A stretch of 63,993 bases of DNA, counting the filler, from Dugesia japonica (taxonomy: Eukaryota), in the NCBI GenBank assembly GCA_001938525.1. It is 6 parts of 6 records of this genome, joined end to end, with 100 filler letters (N's around TTAATTAATTAA, not from the genome) between each part and the next. Parts side by side here need not be neighbours in the genome. Positions count along the whole stretch, not along the records: positions 24,200 to 33,698 come from MQRL01509349.1; positions 33,799 to 44,889 come from MQRL01616100.1; 4 more parts are not named here. The stretch is one strand, 5' to 3'. Made by a program: the position numbers and the translations under genes. The notes under the pieces were generated by a model that saw only the letters and a list, made by a program, of their open reading frames with translations, did no database searches and was not told where the DNA came from. Below are positions 25,123 to 37,730 of this stretch, in pieces. Each line of letters starts with the position of its first letter. Position 1 is the stretch's first letter.

Positions 25123-25867
25123 TTTAGTTTGGAATAAAAACAAGATTGTTCTTAATAATAAACTTTTCCCTAGCAATTTTCGATTGTTGATAATTGGATC
25201 TTCTGGTTCAGGAAAAAATGTTCTCTTAACTCAAATGTTACTTACACCAGGATTTCTTGATTATGATAGTCTCATAATTTATTCAACTACAATTATTCAA
25301 TTTGAAATGCAATTATTAAAACATGGATTTTTAAATGGATTAACAAAAGAAGAAATTATATTAATGTTTGATAAACAAAGAATTGTACCAGATTTTTGCG
25401 TCATCCCACAAGAGGTTATAAATTTTTTCATACAAAAGAAATTTGTAATAAGAAAACCGCAAACAATATATATAATTTTAAGTGATGATTCATATGAGAT
25501 TACGCGGTGGGATAAATTAAAAAAGGACAGAAAAAATCTTGTAATTTTTGATGATGTAGTAAATGAAAAACAAGAAACTCAAAAAAGTTATTTCACTCAA
25601 ATCCGACATTCAAATTGTAATGTGATTTATATTTCTCAAACATATTTTTACCTTGATAAAAATTCAATACAAAATAACACTAATTGTTTTATATTTTTTA
25701 AATTAAATAAAAGAGATCGCGATAGTGTTTATAGTGATTTATTTTCTTGTGTATTTCCTGATAAAAATAAATATGATTATGAATTACATCATCATTGGAA
25801 AGAGCCCTATACATATTATTATTTAAACCATTTAACAAATGAAATGACAACAGATATTTTTACTTAG
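25115..25867 (+). CDS. A32/FtsK-HerA-like DNA packaging ATPase
   Basis: Walker A GSSGSGKN, Walker B LVIFDD, RHSN, and ISQ sensor motif. Confidence 0.92.
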   Translation: MSNLVWNKNKIVLNNKLFPSNFRLLIIGSSGSGKNVLLTQMLLTPGFLDYDSLIIYSTTIIQFEMQLLKHGFLNGLTKEEIILMFDKQRIVPDFCVIPQEVINFFIQKKFVIRKPQTIYIILSDDSYEITRWDKLKKDRKNLVIFDDVVNEKQETQKSYFTQIRHSNCNVIYISQTYFYLDKNSIQNNTNCFIFFKLNKRDRDSVYSDLFSCVFPDKNKYDYELHHHWKEPYTYYYLNHLTNEMTTDIFT

Positions 25868-26447
25868 AAAAATAGGCGAAGCACGACAACAAGGAAATAT
25901 TACAGAAGAAAAATTAAAAAAATTAATAAATTCAAATATTAGTGGAACAATAAAAATTAATGGTAAAAATTATTGGATCGGCAAACGAGAAAAAGAAGAA
26001 ATTAAAAAACATCAAGAAAAGGAGGGTGGGGTTTTTCCATTATTAGCAGCAATACCCGCAATAATTTCTTTTCTTGCTGGCGTTGGCAAAGTAGCGGACG
26101 CAGTTGGCGCAGTTGTGGGTGCTGCAGGCGGAATTGCAGGGCTTGTTTCTAAATCGCGAGATGCGCATAACAAAGGACTTGTAAATGAAAAGTTGGAAAG
26201 AGAAAAACAACTTTCAAATATTCCTATTCCAACTCAAACTCCAACAACAAATATTCCCACTACTACTAATACTAATAAAGATGAAGTACAATATATANGT
26301 GAAATACAAGGGTCTGCAATTTATAAATATTTAAAAAATCAAAATTTAAATTTAACAAAAAAATTAAAAAAAGTAGGAGGATTATATTTAAGACATTATG
26401 GCGATGGAGATGGAATTTATTTTAAACCTTATAAAAATGGCCAGTGA
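25839..26447 (+). pseudogene. Putative virion core/membrane-lytic precursor with GG motifs (TGA at codon 3)
   Basis: The frame of ORF 26115 extends upstream: MK*QQIFLLRK...KEGGVFPLLAAIPAIISFLAGVGK..., then GSAIY, GGLYL and GDGIYFKPY. Confidence 0.7.
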
Positions 26448-27258
26448 AATGATGAATACTTATATTTTATTAGAACCTAGAATTGCTGAATTAAAACTAA
26501 TAATTAAAAAAGCTGGAAAATATAATGAATATTTTTCTAGTAAAGTTCTTGCATCTAAAAATCTTCTTTCTTCTCTTGCTTCTCAAACTCCAATAATTTC
26601 TGATTTACAACAAACTGTTTAACAACAAATACAACCACTTACAGTAGGACAACCTGTAAAAAAGGACAAAAAAATACAACCAATATTAGAACCAAAATTG
26701 GAAGATGTTTTAAAAGATATAACCCCACATAAAATCGAAGTTGAAAAAATTATAATTAATACTGATAACTTAACAGAAACAACAAAACCAAATTTTGAAT
26801 ATTAAACTATTAATAATAGGGAATATTTATCAATTAAAATTAATAAAAGTATAATATATTTAATTGAAGAAAATACCAAACCATTTTTTTATATATTTCC
26901 TAATAAATTTCTTCCTTATTCGGAGGGAGTAATAAAATCAATTCTTGGTAATGTGGAAAAATATGATGATACAGCTCGTGAAGATATTCATACATATTTA
27001 TATGAATTAAATATTAAACACCCATCTACAAGTAAATATAAAAAAATGTTGGAAGAAAAAATGAAACCACGAATAGAAGAACTTCCAATCACAGTGGGAA
27101 ATGGAATAGAATTATTTGAAAAATTAATTATTTTACTTTCTGTTAGAAAAGCAGGCCATGAAAATGTTGGCCCAGAAATAAAATTGATTTGTAAAAAATT
27201 AAAAAATAAAAAATTAATTTCAAAAGAGAAATATAATAAATATCTAAAATATTTCTAA
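26437..27258 (+). pseudogene. Polinton conserved ORF with C-terminal L..L.LL....AG.....EI motif; two in-frame stops
   Basis: ORFs 26398-26622 and 26953-27258 are in the same frame. LFEKLIILLSVRKAGHENVGPEIKLICKKL resembles a helical domain common in invertebrate Polintons. Confidence 0.6.
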
Positions 27259-27263
27259 TAAAA

Positions 27264-27900
27264 ATGTGTCATCAGTTTTAAGTTACTGGTAAAGGATCAA
27301 AATTAGAAGTTAATTTAAAAAGAACGTTAGATTTAAAAGATAAATTTGAAATTGCATTAATTTGTTTTTCTGTTTATAATAATATTTTCAATGTAGAACG
27401 AGAAGATGTTAATTTTACATTTAATGGCAAACAAGAAAAAATTCATCCTGGTGCTTATGAGGTTGAAGAAATTTCTGAAAAAGTAAAAGACCTAGGAATG
27501 GAAATAACTTTAGATACATCAACCGCAAAAGCTTTACTTGTAATTTCAGAAAATAAAATTTTAAAATTTGATGAGAAATCTTTCTTTTAAAAAAACTTTT
27601 AGGTTTTAAGCCAAAAGAGTACACTGCAGGAAAATATTATTCCGATGAAAAAATAAATATTTCTGATATTAATAAGTAAAGGGAAATTATGTAAATAATA
27701 AACAAACAAATTTATTATATTCATTTCCAACAAACACTGTAAGCTTTNNNNNNNNNATTATTGAAAGACCATCACCACCTATTTACTCAAGAATATCTTC
27801 TAGTTACATTGATGCTTTAAGATTTGAAATTGTAGATGAAAATTTAGACCCGATTGATTTTAATAATGAAACAATTGCTTTAATTGTTCATTTAAGAAAA
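27264..27900 (+). pseudogene. Minor capsid (penton, single jelly-roll) protein, frameshifted
   Basis: LDLKDKFEIALICFSVYNNIFNV, GAYEVEEI, LGFKP and IIERPSPPIY...IVDENLDPIDFNNETIALIVHLRK. Confidence 0.82.
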
Positions 27901-27929
27901 TATCTCATCCAACCAGCAGCCCTAAAGTC

Positions 27930-28272
27930 TTAGATTTTTTAAAAACATTTGGAATTACAACAACTACAAATTTTGATCTTTATTCTATTGCAAAGATTTT
28001 AAAAATACCATTAGAAATTTATATGAAAAATGAGTTGCCAAAGATTTTTAAAAATAATATGAATTATATTTTAATTATCAAAATACTTATCAGAAAGGAT
28101 CTCATTGGGTCGCTTTAAAAAATAAACATTATTTTGACTCTTTTGGTTTAAAACCTTTTCATAATGAAAAACAAGTTCAACCTTTTGAAACAAGAATTTG
28201 TGGTGTACTTTGTATTTATTTTCTCTATTGTTTTCCTGAAAAATCTTTTGATGAAATTATTACTGAAATAAA
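27930..28272 (+). pseudogene. Adenain-like maturation cysteine protease, frameshifted
   Basis: TTNFDL, GSHWVAL (His, 28103), YFDSFG (Asp) and QVQ...ICGVLC (Gln/Cys). Confidence 0.88.
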
Positions 28273-28960
28273 TGAACGCGTATGGACACCGATCACAGGC
28301 GAGGAATGAGAAAAAAATTATTAATGCTCTTTATGTTAAATTAAGAATTCAGAATGCAAGTAATGAAAAAAGATTTGTAAATGAAACTGGAGACTCTGTA
28401 AAATTTCTTAAAATTTTCGACCCGCCTAAAAATGACCTGGATGCAGTAAATTTAAAATTTTTAATAAATGAACAAAAAAATATTATCATTCTTTATGATG
28501 CTTTAAAAAAAGAAGTTAAAAAAAAATTTATAAATGAACCTGAAGATGAACTTGATCCAATAAATTATAAATTTCTCAATAAAATTTTTTCCAAGCGTGT
28601 TTCTGAAATAAAAAATGAAATTGAAATTTTTAAAAAACAAGTTATAAAAAGAGAAGAAATTGAGCTTATAAAAAAACAAATTTATATTTAAAAAAAAGAA
28701 AACGAAGTTCAACTTTTTAAAAAATTAAAACAAGAAAATGATGAGTAAAAAAAAGAACTTGACCTTATAAAAAAAGAAATTTCTTTTTTAAAACAAAATG
28801 ATCCTTTATTTGTTTTGTTGGGGGAATTTGAAAAGATAAAAAATCTTCTTAGTGTAAAATATAAAAGTAAAATTAATGAAAATTTAAATATATATAATAA
28901 AGAGAAATCTCCATCAGTATTTGAAAAAATAAAAGAATTACTTAATAATTATTTACCTTG
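28272..28960 (+). pseudogene. Coiled-coil, fibre-like structural ORF with PxxxxDAVN-type repeats
   Basis: FVNETGD...PKNDLDAVNLKFL and PEDELDPINYKFL. EI(E/D)L.KK repeats continue past a stop at 28691. Confidence 0.5.
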
Positions 28961-29526
28961 AAACGGTGTTTACTTAAAAGAAAATATTGTTTTTAAAATG
29001 CATTTTTTCGTAAAAATGAAAAAAGATTTCCATATTATACAAAAACTTCTTTTAAATCAAGTTTAGAAAAAGTAATAATAAATGGTCGTTGGGAATATCT
29101 TAATGAAAAACTTTATTTTTTTCTTATGTCTCCTTTAAAACTTTATTTTACAACACCCGATCGAACTGTTGGTCCATTATGTATTTTTATTTTTGGATAT
29201 ATTAAATTATTAAAAATTAGTTTTATTATTAATATTGGTGGTTCTGATGAGATTGTAGATTTTCGTTTTAAAGAAGTTGTAAAATTTAAAATAGAAATAA
29301 ACACCCTTAAATTAAAGGGGGGTAAAAAAAATATGGAATTGATGCTTCGATGTTGACAGGAAAAGATGAAGCTGTAAATAATATGGTGTTAAGTATAGAC
29401 ATAAAAAATTTTCATTTAATTTTACCGGAAAATATTTATATTAATAACCTTATTATTCTTACTACTTGTGTTAAAGATGAAAGAAGAAAAATTTACCATG
29501 AACTATGAAAATTTTTCTATGAAAAA

Positions 29527-30090
29527 ATGGCAGACGAAACATTATATCCAGATTTAAAAAACTATCAGCAAGAAATAAGTAATTATACATTAGAAGATTT
29601 AAAATCAAAATTGTCATCCTTAAGAATTAAAGATTTGGAAAATGACCTTTACTTTATAAATGATAAAATAAAACATTACAAAAAACTTTATGCAAAATGG
29701 GCCGCCGCCGATGACGGAATAAAAGTTGCACAAATTATAACTGGAACCGGCGTGGCCATTGTTGGAGTAATTTTTGCAACTCCTATTGAAATAGGAATTA
29801 CTACAATTGGCCTTCCTATAATAACTGGAATAGGTTCTACAATTCCAATTACTGGTGCATTAAATTCATCTTTAATTCAAAAGAAGAAAAAGAAATATTT
29901 TAATTTAATTGTTAAATTAGAGGCGGTTAAAAATAAACTTCTTCTCTTTCAACAAAAGGCCTTGAATGATAATATTTTTAGTGATGAGGAAATTTCTAGA
30001 AGTAAATCTATGATCCGAGAAGTTCACGAAATAATTTTAAAATCTAAAGTTGAAAATATAAAATTTGATAAAAGTAAATTTACAATTTAA
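29527..30090 (+). CDS. Polinton hydrophobic (two-TM-like) protein, 187 aa
   Basis: LYPDL start, a long G/I/T-rich hydrophobic hairpin, KKKKKY and ALNDNIFSDEEI. The ORF is intact and has a paralogue at 7678. Confidence 0.75.
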   Translation: MADETLYPDLKNYQQEISNYTLEDLKSKLSSLRIKDLENDLYFINDKIKHYKKLYAKWAAADDGIKVAQIITGTGVAIVGVIFATPIEIGITTIGLPIITGIGSTIPITGALNSSLIQKKKKKYFNLIVKLEAVKNKLLLFQQKALNDNIFSDEEISRSKSMIREVHEIILKSKVENIKFDKSKFTI

Positions 30091-33000
30091 ATTATTTAAT
30101 ATTTTTTCTAATCTTAAATGCCATGCTTCACAACTTTCACAATAAAATTTAGTTTCATGTGAGAATTCTTCAATTCCATTATCCGCTATTAAATGTTTAT
30201 CATTGTAAGCTGTCATTGCTATTTTATATTGAGAAACTAATTCTATTTCATGTTTGCGTGATTGTAATGTATAATTTGTTCCAGTAATTGTGATGTGCTT
30301 CCTTTAAAATTTTAATATATTCATCCATTAGATTTACTTAAACTTTTTAGTTTTGTGACAGTATCTTCAATTTCATTTTTAGTATATCTAAACGCATATC
30401 CTTTTGATTTTACAAAACAGGCTTCTGTAATTTCTGCATCTGGCATTTCATCTTTCATTTGAAAAAGATTGTTGCTAATATACTTTCCAATTTTTCTAAA
30501 TTTTCTTGCCCCCTGATTTCAACAAATAAAGAATCAGTATCAGAATAATGTATTTTATAATTTTCTATTCCAACTAATGGGGTTGATTCATTATCCACAA
30601 AATTATACATAATCACTTTTGCTATTTCTAAAATTGCAAACCCAATGACTGGAAATTTATTATATTTTATATTTGTTTTTCTCATGTACATGGCGCATAT
30701 ATTATCAGAAGGTTTTTTTAGAATATATATAAGTGGATTTGGCTACACAAATACGAAGATCTTCATCTGTGGCAACAATTTCTACATTACAACGATTTCT
30801 TACATTTTCTAAAGTTTTACCATAAAATGAATTATTTNAAAGTTTGAAAAAATAATCTCCAAATTCATCTTTATTTCTTTTCGCCTCATTTCTTTTTTCA
30901 ATGTTAAAAAGAATATATGATCTTAATCATGGGCTTGTTGGTAATTTACATTTCCAATGAATTTTTTTCAACTTTATTCCTTGTGATAAATAAAAGTCTA
31001 GTGCGACACCATAAACAATGTAATTTTTTTTATTACTGTGGCTAGGTATTAATTTTGTATTATTTTTAGAAATCTTCTTATTAAACCCTTTTGATAATTT
31101 CCCAACATGTGTGGTTGAATATTTACATTTTCTGGGAGAAATGGATAATATCTTGTTTTCCTATGTAATTCTGGTGGGTAATCTAAATCCACCTCATAAA
31201 CATAACTATAATCATCTGTTGATGGTTCATATTCTAAATCCTCACATTCTATAAACTCACCCGTTGGAAGGGATCTTGTCATGCACGCTGAGTATAAACT
31301 GTTTTGATCTAAATATTTTATAAATGTCTCTTGGAAAAATTCCTTTGGGATATTTTTTTTATTTTTTAATAAATTAAGGAGATCTTCTCTTTGTGCTTCA
31401 TTTATTCTCCAAAAAGGTTTTTTCTTTGGATCATAATTGTAAACATGCCGCTCACCACATCCTCCAAAATAACCCCCCCCCGAATTCCTCGTTCAATTTT
31501 TAAACATGACGCATATGTTTTTGGTTTTGCATATGTTAAATTTACTTTTGAAAATTTCAACCCCGCCTGCCATATTAACCCTGGTGCAGAGTAACAATAA
31601 CATGGATCAATTTGATAATCCCCTAAACAATCTTTTCTAAAATTTTCGAAAAAGTTTGTTAAAATTAAAACATCAAGATTCATATAGTGGAGCATGTATT
31701 CCCACAGGTTTTCAAATTTACAAAGATCTTCAAGAAATTTCGCATAATCTTTTTTAGATAATTTTTTCTGTTTTAAAACATTATAACATTCTTTTCTTGT
31801 TGAAATTCTTGGTGATTTTAATAACTCTTCTACTTCTTGTTGAGTTTTTCCTTTTATATATTCATATGGGAAAATACTTTTTCTGGTGTCAAGTTTTTGC
31901 TTTTTAACGTTGGACATTTCCCAGTTCTTTTTAACATCTCCCTCATTTTTTCTACTGATGTGAGTAGACACATTTTTGCCGAATCAAGAAATCTAATACT
32001 TTTCAATTCAAATGAAATATATGCTTGATCATTATGTGGAATTATATTTATTACATCATCTGGGTATCTTTTTTTTATTTCTCTAAAGAAAAGATGATTG
32101 TCATAACCGGTGCCGTTATGAAAATAAAATGGAACAAATAATTTTCTATTCGCTTTTTAAATACATATCTCATGAACATAACCACGGAAATCACCAGATA
32201 ATTTATCAAAATCTTCTCCCCGATCTACATCTAAATATTTTTCACAATATCTATATTTATTTTGTCTAACATCTGGGATCTCTTTTTCTTCCGCAGGATT
32301 TTGATTACTTATTTTTATTTTTCTATTTATAGTTTCTAAATAATCCATAAAATCCCAGAAATGTTTTTGAATGTGTAGGAATTACTTCTGGATAATACTT
32401 TACAAAACGAACTTTTAAACTTATCGGTTTTTGTTTATTATCTACTGTGTATGCGTATGTCTCAAAGTCTCCATATATTACAAATGGAATTGGATTTTTC
32501 TGGTAGAAATATTTATAATAAGCTTTATCAACATTGCAAAATTTCATTTGTAATGGTTTATGTTGAATGCATTCTTCTTGATGTTTATCAAATAAACTTT
32601 TACTATAATATTTATTCATACAACCGAGACATGTGAAGATTTTATTCGTGTTAGATAGATAGGAATCTATATCTCTACAAATTACCTAGTGTCTTTCATA
32701 TAATAATAAATTACATTTAGTTTCTTCTTGACTTGGTTTATTAACAAAATGGGAAATGTAAAGTGGTCTAAGCCTTTTATTATCAATCACTTCAAAAACA
32801 TTTATTTTCNAATTATTTTTCTTACCAAATTTATGAACATCTTCCACATCCATTGGAAATTTAAAATCTTTATAATTAAACTCGTGAAGAAATTCTTCGT
32901 ATGCTGTTTGTCTTGGATTTTCTGATCTCTGCTTATGATCGATGAGGCAATATAGAAAACATAAATTATCATCATTTTGTATATTTATTACTNCCTTCTT

Positions 33001-33690
33001 TTTAAATGGTAATTTAACATATGAGGTTTCTCTTGATATAAAATTAAAACCTTCTAATAAAATTGTAAAATCAATTATGTGATCTAGATTCCAATTACTT
33101 TCATGGCGATCTTTATCTTCTTTATATGATTCTAGTTCAAGTAATCGTGTAATGAAAACTCTTTTAATTTTTATTGGGAATAATATTTTTTTTAAATTCA
33201 CATAAGATTCAAAAATTCTTCTTTCCATTATTCCCCCAACAGGTTTTGAATATTGGGCTGTTGCTGATATTCTAAGACTTGCCACTCCTTCATATTTTAA
33301 AAACTTTTTTAAAATTTCCATTATTTCTTCTCTATAGTGAAAAACTAATTTTTCCTTTTTTTCAGAAATATCTCGAACCATTTCAATTCTACTATTTTTA
33401 AAATGATCAACTTTATATTGTGGATATTTGTGTGTAAATATTCTAGTAAGTCTTCTTTCGATAGAACTAATTGAGTAGGCACCGGTTAACACATCAAATC
33501 CTCTTAAAATACTAAATTGGGAATATGGATGTTCTTGAATCATGTGGTTTGTAAAATCTCCAAGACTGAGTAAAGATAATTCACACACTGGACTTTGAAT
33601 TCTCGCTCACATTTTTAAATGGGTTCCTAATCCCTGAGCACTTCTAAATTCTCTTCTACAAATGTGACATATATGATTTGTTAGAGCCAT
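30091..33690 (-). pseudogene. Protein-primed family B DNA polymerase of P2, with many stops and frameshifts
   Basis: N-terminal C2H2-like CHIC...H; INIQNDDNLCFLYC; exonuclease YGDFET and FHNGTGYD; motif A DQNSLY; motif B KL.NNSFYGKTLEN; motif C YSDTDS. Confidence 0.94.
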
Positions 33691-33798
33691 TTTATAAANN
33701 NNNNNNNNNNNNNNNNNNNNNNNNNNNNNNNNNNNNNNNNNNTTAATTAATTAANNNNNNNNNNNNNNNNNNNNNNNNNNNNNNNNNNNNNNNNNNNN

Positions 33799-34440
33799 TT
33801 AATGAAGATATTACGAATAATGATTTGATAGAATTAGATTTTAAATAGGCATATAAAGAAAGTTCAATTGAAAATTTAATAGAAAATGAGCCAAAAATAC
33901 TTACTTCGGAACAAATTATCAAAGCTTTGGNNNNNNNNNNNNNNNNNNNNNNNNNNNNNNNNNNNNNNNNNNNNNNNNNNNAAAGAAGTCCAAACGTTGC
34001 AAGATCATTAAATTGTTATAAAGAGATTTATTTGAAACAAAAAATGAAAATGATCAAGCAAACTTTGCAAAAATATCTATAGCCTTCAACATCCACAAAT
34101 CGAACAAATGTTGCATCTTCCAATCAAAAATTTCCAATAATGCTAGATTCTGATTTTTCATAAATATATGATTTTTATTTAATTTGAGGAAAATAAAATT
34201 TAATTGTTACGTCTCATTTTAATTTTAATGATTTCTTAACTTTAATATTAGATAAAGGATAAATAAATTCATTAGAAACTATAAATAGTTGTTTATAGAA
34301 AAAACCGTTTTAATTTAACATTGGAACGGATCATTAATGTTTTAGTATATTTTCATATAAAAGTTATTTTGAGTTGCGACGTTTTGCTTGCGACGATTTT
34401 TTTGGAACCAATTATCATAGCAAAGTGAGGTATTGGTGTA
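33799..34440 (+). mobile_element. pogo/Tigger-like transposon 3' remnant
   Basis: EDITNNDLIEL...EPKILT and CYKEIYLKQK...KQTL resemble a Tigger C-terminus. The end ...GGAACCAATT...GTGAGGTATTGGTGTA resembles a Tigger TIR plus TA. Confidence 0.5.
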
Positions 34441-37400
34441 GTTAGAAAAAAAGATATTATTATTAATTTTATATAAATTTTATTANNNNNNNNNNNNNNN
34501 NNNNNNNNNNNNNNNNNNNNNNNNNNNNNNNNNNNNNNNNNNNNNNNNNNNNNNNNNNNNNNNNNNNNNNNNNNNNNNNNNNNNNNNNNNNNNNNNNNNN
34601 NNNNNNNNNNNNNNNNNNNNNNNNNNNNNNNNNNNNNNNNNNNNNNNNNNNNNNNNNNNNNNNNNNNNNNNNNNNNNNNNNNNNNNNNNNNNNNNNNNNN
34701 NNNNNNNNNNNNNNNNNNNNNNNNNNNNNNNNNNNNNNNNNNNNNNNTACTGTTATTGCTATGATTTGTACGCACTGTACTACCATATTCTTTGAGGGTA
34801 TAATAATGATTTGGCAAAAATTACATAAATCGATAGGCAATCAAATTTACCGATGCAAATTATTACATAAAATTGGCTAGTATTTTTTATGTGCTTAGTT
34901 CAAATTATTTTATTCTTAATTTAACTATTTTTCTTACATTATTTTATATTAAATCAGATTTTATTTTTGTTTTATTACTTCAATTTTGTTTACATTTTAA
35001 AGCACTTTTTCTTAAAATTTGAAATTTCGTATTATTTTTCAATGAAATTAAATTATTTAAGTTACACTAATGAATTTCCACGAACAAATAATTGAAAATA
35101 CAAAATAACAAACGTGTTTAAATATAAAATATTTTAAAACTATTTACAATGATAAAATTGAAAATATTTGCAAAAATAAAAACATGAATTAAATTAATAA
35201 TTTATACATATTCAGTGTATTTGGTTTGATGAGAAGAATATAAAAGAAAGTTTTAGTTGTTTCACAATTNNNNNNTTTTTTAAGCTGAACGAATTTGATG
35301 CATATTGAATGAATTGTTAGATTTATAGAGTATATTTTATGAATGTCTGTATTTATTTGATTGAATAAATCGAGTGAGTTTATATGTTGTATTAAGTAAA
35401 CTGGCGGTAATGAGCAGGTTAAATGAACTGTAAAGATTAAATGAATCGATTAAGTTATTATTCATGGGTATTGATTTATTATTAGATTTAAATGATTTAA
35501 TGTGTTTAACTTGAAAAATATAATTAATGATTTAATTAAGTGTATTAAATAGACTAAATAAGTGAATTATGTGTATTTAGTTGATAGAGAATAGTTAGTG
35601 TACTTAAGTATTTGNNNNNNNNNNNNNNNNNNNNNNNNNNNNNNNNNNNNNNNNNNNNNNNNNNNNNNNNNNNNNNNNNNNNNNNNNNNNNNNNNNNNNN
35701 NNNNNNNNNNNNNNNNNNNNNNNNNNNNNNNNNNNNNNNNNNNNNNNNNNNNNNNNNNNNNNNNNNNNNNNNNNNNNNNNNNNNNNNNATTCAATATATA
35801 GAGTGATCAGATTTGATGTATTGTTTGACTTGAGTAATTGGATTAAGTGTATGATATTATTGGATTAGATTGAAACAAAGGTATTTTAAGGGATAGAATG
35901 AAATAAATGGATTGAGCGAATCGAATAGATTTAATGAATGAAATATATTATAATGGAATCCAGCTTCGCTCCATGGAGACTTTAGAATTAGAAATTTCTG
36001 ACGGTTAAAATGATTAAGTATGGATCTAGTAACTGTATTGATAGACTTCAATTATTATACAAACTGCATGTTTTAGGTGAATTAATTCTATTAAGTAGAT
36101 TAACTATAAGCATTTTATATTCTGTAGTTATTAATTATATTCAATGATTTAATAGTTGATTGAATAATGACTTAATGGAATTTAAAAAAGCATTAGGAAA
36201 ACTTACATATGACGTCATATTATTTACCACTAGTCTATGAATTATTAAACTTAAGGTATATTTTATATATCTAAGTGAATACCTAATGTTAATTAGATGG
36301 ATTTGATGATTCGTTTGATCCGATGTTTTTTAAAAAAAGAGTAAAATTTTAAATATTTCAAAACATTTCATAATTTTAATTGTAGAAATTTTCAAATTAA
36401 AATATTTAATTACAAAGCTTTTTAAGCCTTTCATTCCAGGCATATTCAATTGAATATACTTGAATTTCCGGATAAACAGTAATGAGAATGTTGTCATGTT
36501 ACTCATATCATTTATAAAGGGTTTAATGAGGCCAATATTATGCATAAGTTGTTTTGATTACAAATTGTTCACACAAAACGTTATAAGTGTTTTTGTTTTT
36601 TCTTTTTTTTCCTTTTTGTTTTCCTGAGTACTTTAAAAAAACAGACGATTTCAAAGGTCAATTTCAGAAGCAAACGATCAGATAAAATCAGTATAGCTTG
36701 AAAGGACTAATCTATAATATTTAATAAAGTTTTGATTAAAACTTTGATAAAATAATGAAAACTAATAAATTTGAAAAACCAAATACACTTAAACACACAA
36801 TACACTACATAATAAATATAATACGTCTAATAAATATGATTTAATTACTCAACCTATTTAATTCATTAAATTCATTCATCACAATTCTCTCGGACAGCAT
36901 TAGATAAAATTCGGTAGACAGATAGCCTCACTAATGCTTTAATTTACTGTAACACTTTGTGATACTGTAAATCATACTATTAGTAATATTATTACTAATT
37001 AAATGTATTATATTATAGTTTTATCATTTTAATTCATTTCTATTGGTTAAAATTCTCTATAATCATTTCCTTATAGTATTCATCTTATATGTTTCGTACA
37101 TTTAGTAGACTGATTATTGCAAACCATAGAAATATTATTCTTAAATCAATTATTTCAATTAGAAGCTATAATTATTTACCATCAAAGTAAAGCTGTATTT
37201 ATTGACAAGTAATTTTTGTTAGTCCCAGTTAAGTATTGTATGCCAAAATTAAACCCCTTATGGATAGCGTGTTTGAAACGTCTGGTTTAGAGATTTGAGC
37301 GCATATAATTATATTGATTTTTAATGATTTTATCCGTTTATATTACATTCATTCAATTAATCTAAACACACATATTTCACACACACTCAATGAATTCATT

Positions 37401-37730
37401 AATTATTACTTCAACAACAAAAAAATACTAATATAATTTTCATTTTATAACTGACTTCGTAATTCATTTCTGATATTTGTATTCCTAATTGGTTTTGGCA
37501 TGGTTTGTTCAGCTAGAATAGAATTTAAGTAGAATACTAATGTTGAATGATAACAACTAATGTTATTTTGATTGAATTTCCTATCAAAATAAATCAGGTG
37601 AGCCCAGAATACATCAATGTCATTTAGATTCATCGGTTTATAGAAAAATATAAATCACTGTTTATAATGGTAATGTTTCTATTTAATAAATTTTTATTAA
37701 AATTGAAAATTAAATTATAATTAAAAAAAT

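Larger units (their letters stand above)
23701..33698. mobile_element. Polinton/Maverick (adintovirus-like) element P2, nearly complete but decayed
   Basis: AGTAG terminus; integrase, ATPase, core ORFs, penton, protease, fibre-like and TM ORFs on the plus strand; pPolB on the minus strand. The right end is lost in a gap, and a spacer lies between the terminus and the integrase. Confidence 0.93.

Noticed and set aside
35290-37410. TGAAT/GAGT-rich tract mirrored by ATTCA/ACAC-rich tracts as a large foldback element
   Set aside because: I see only compositional mirror symmetry and could not align discrete inverted arms.
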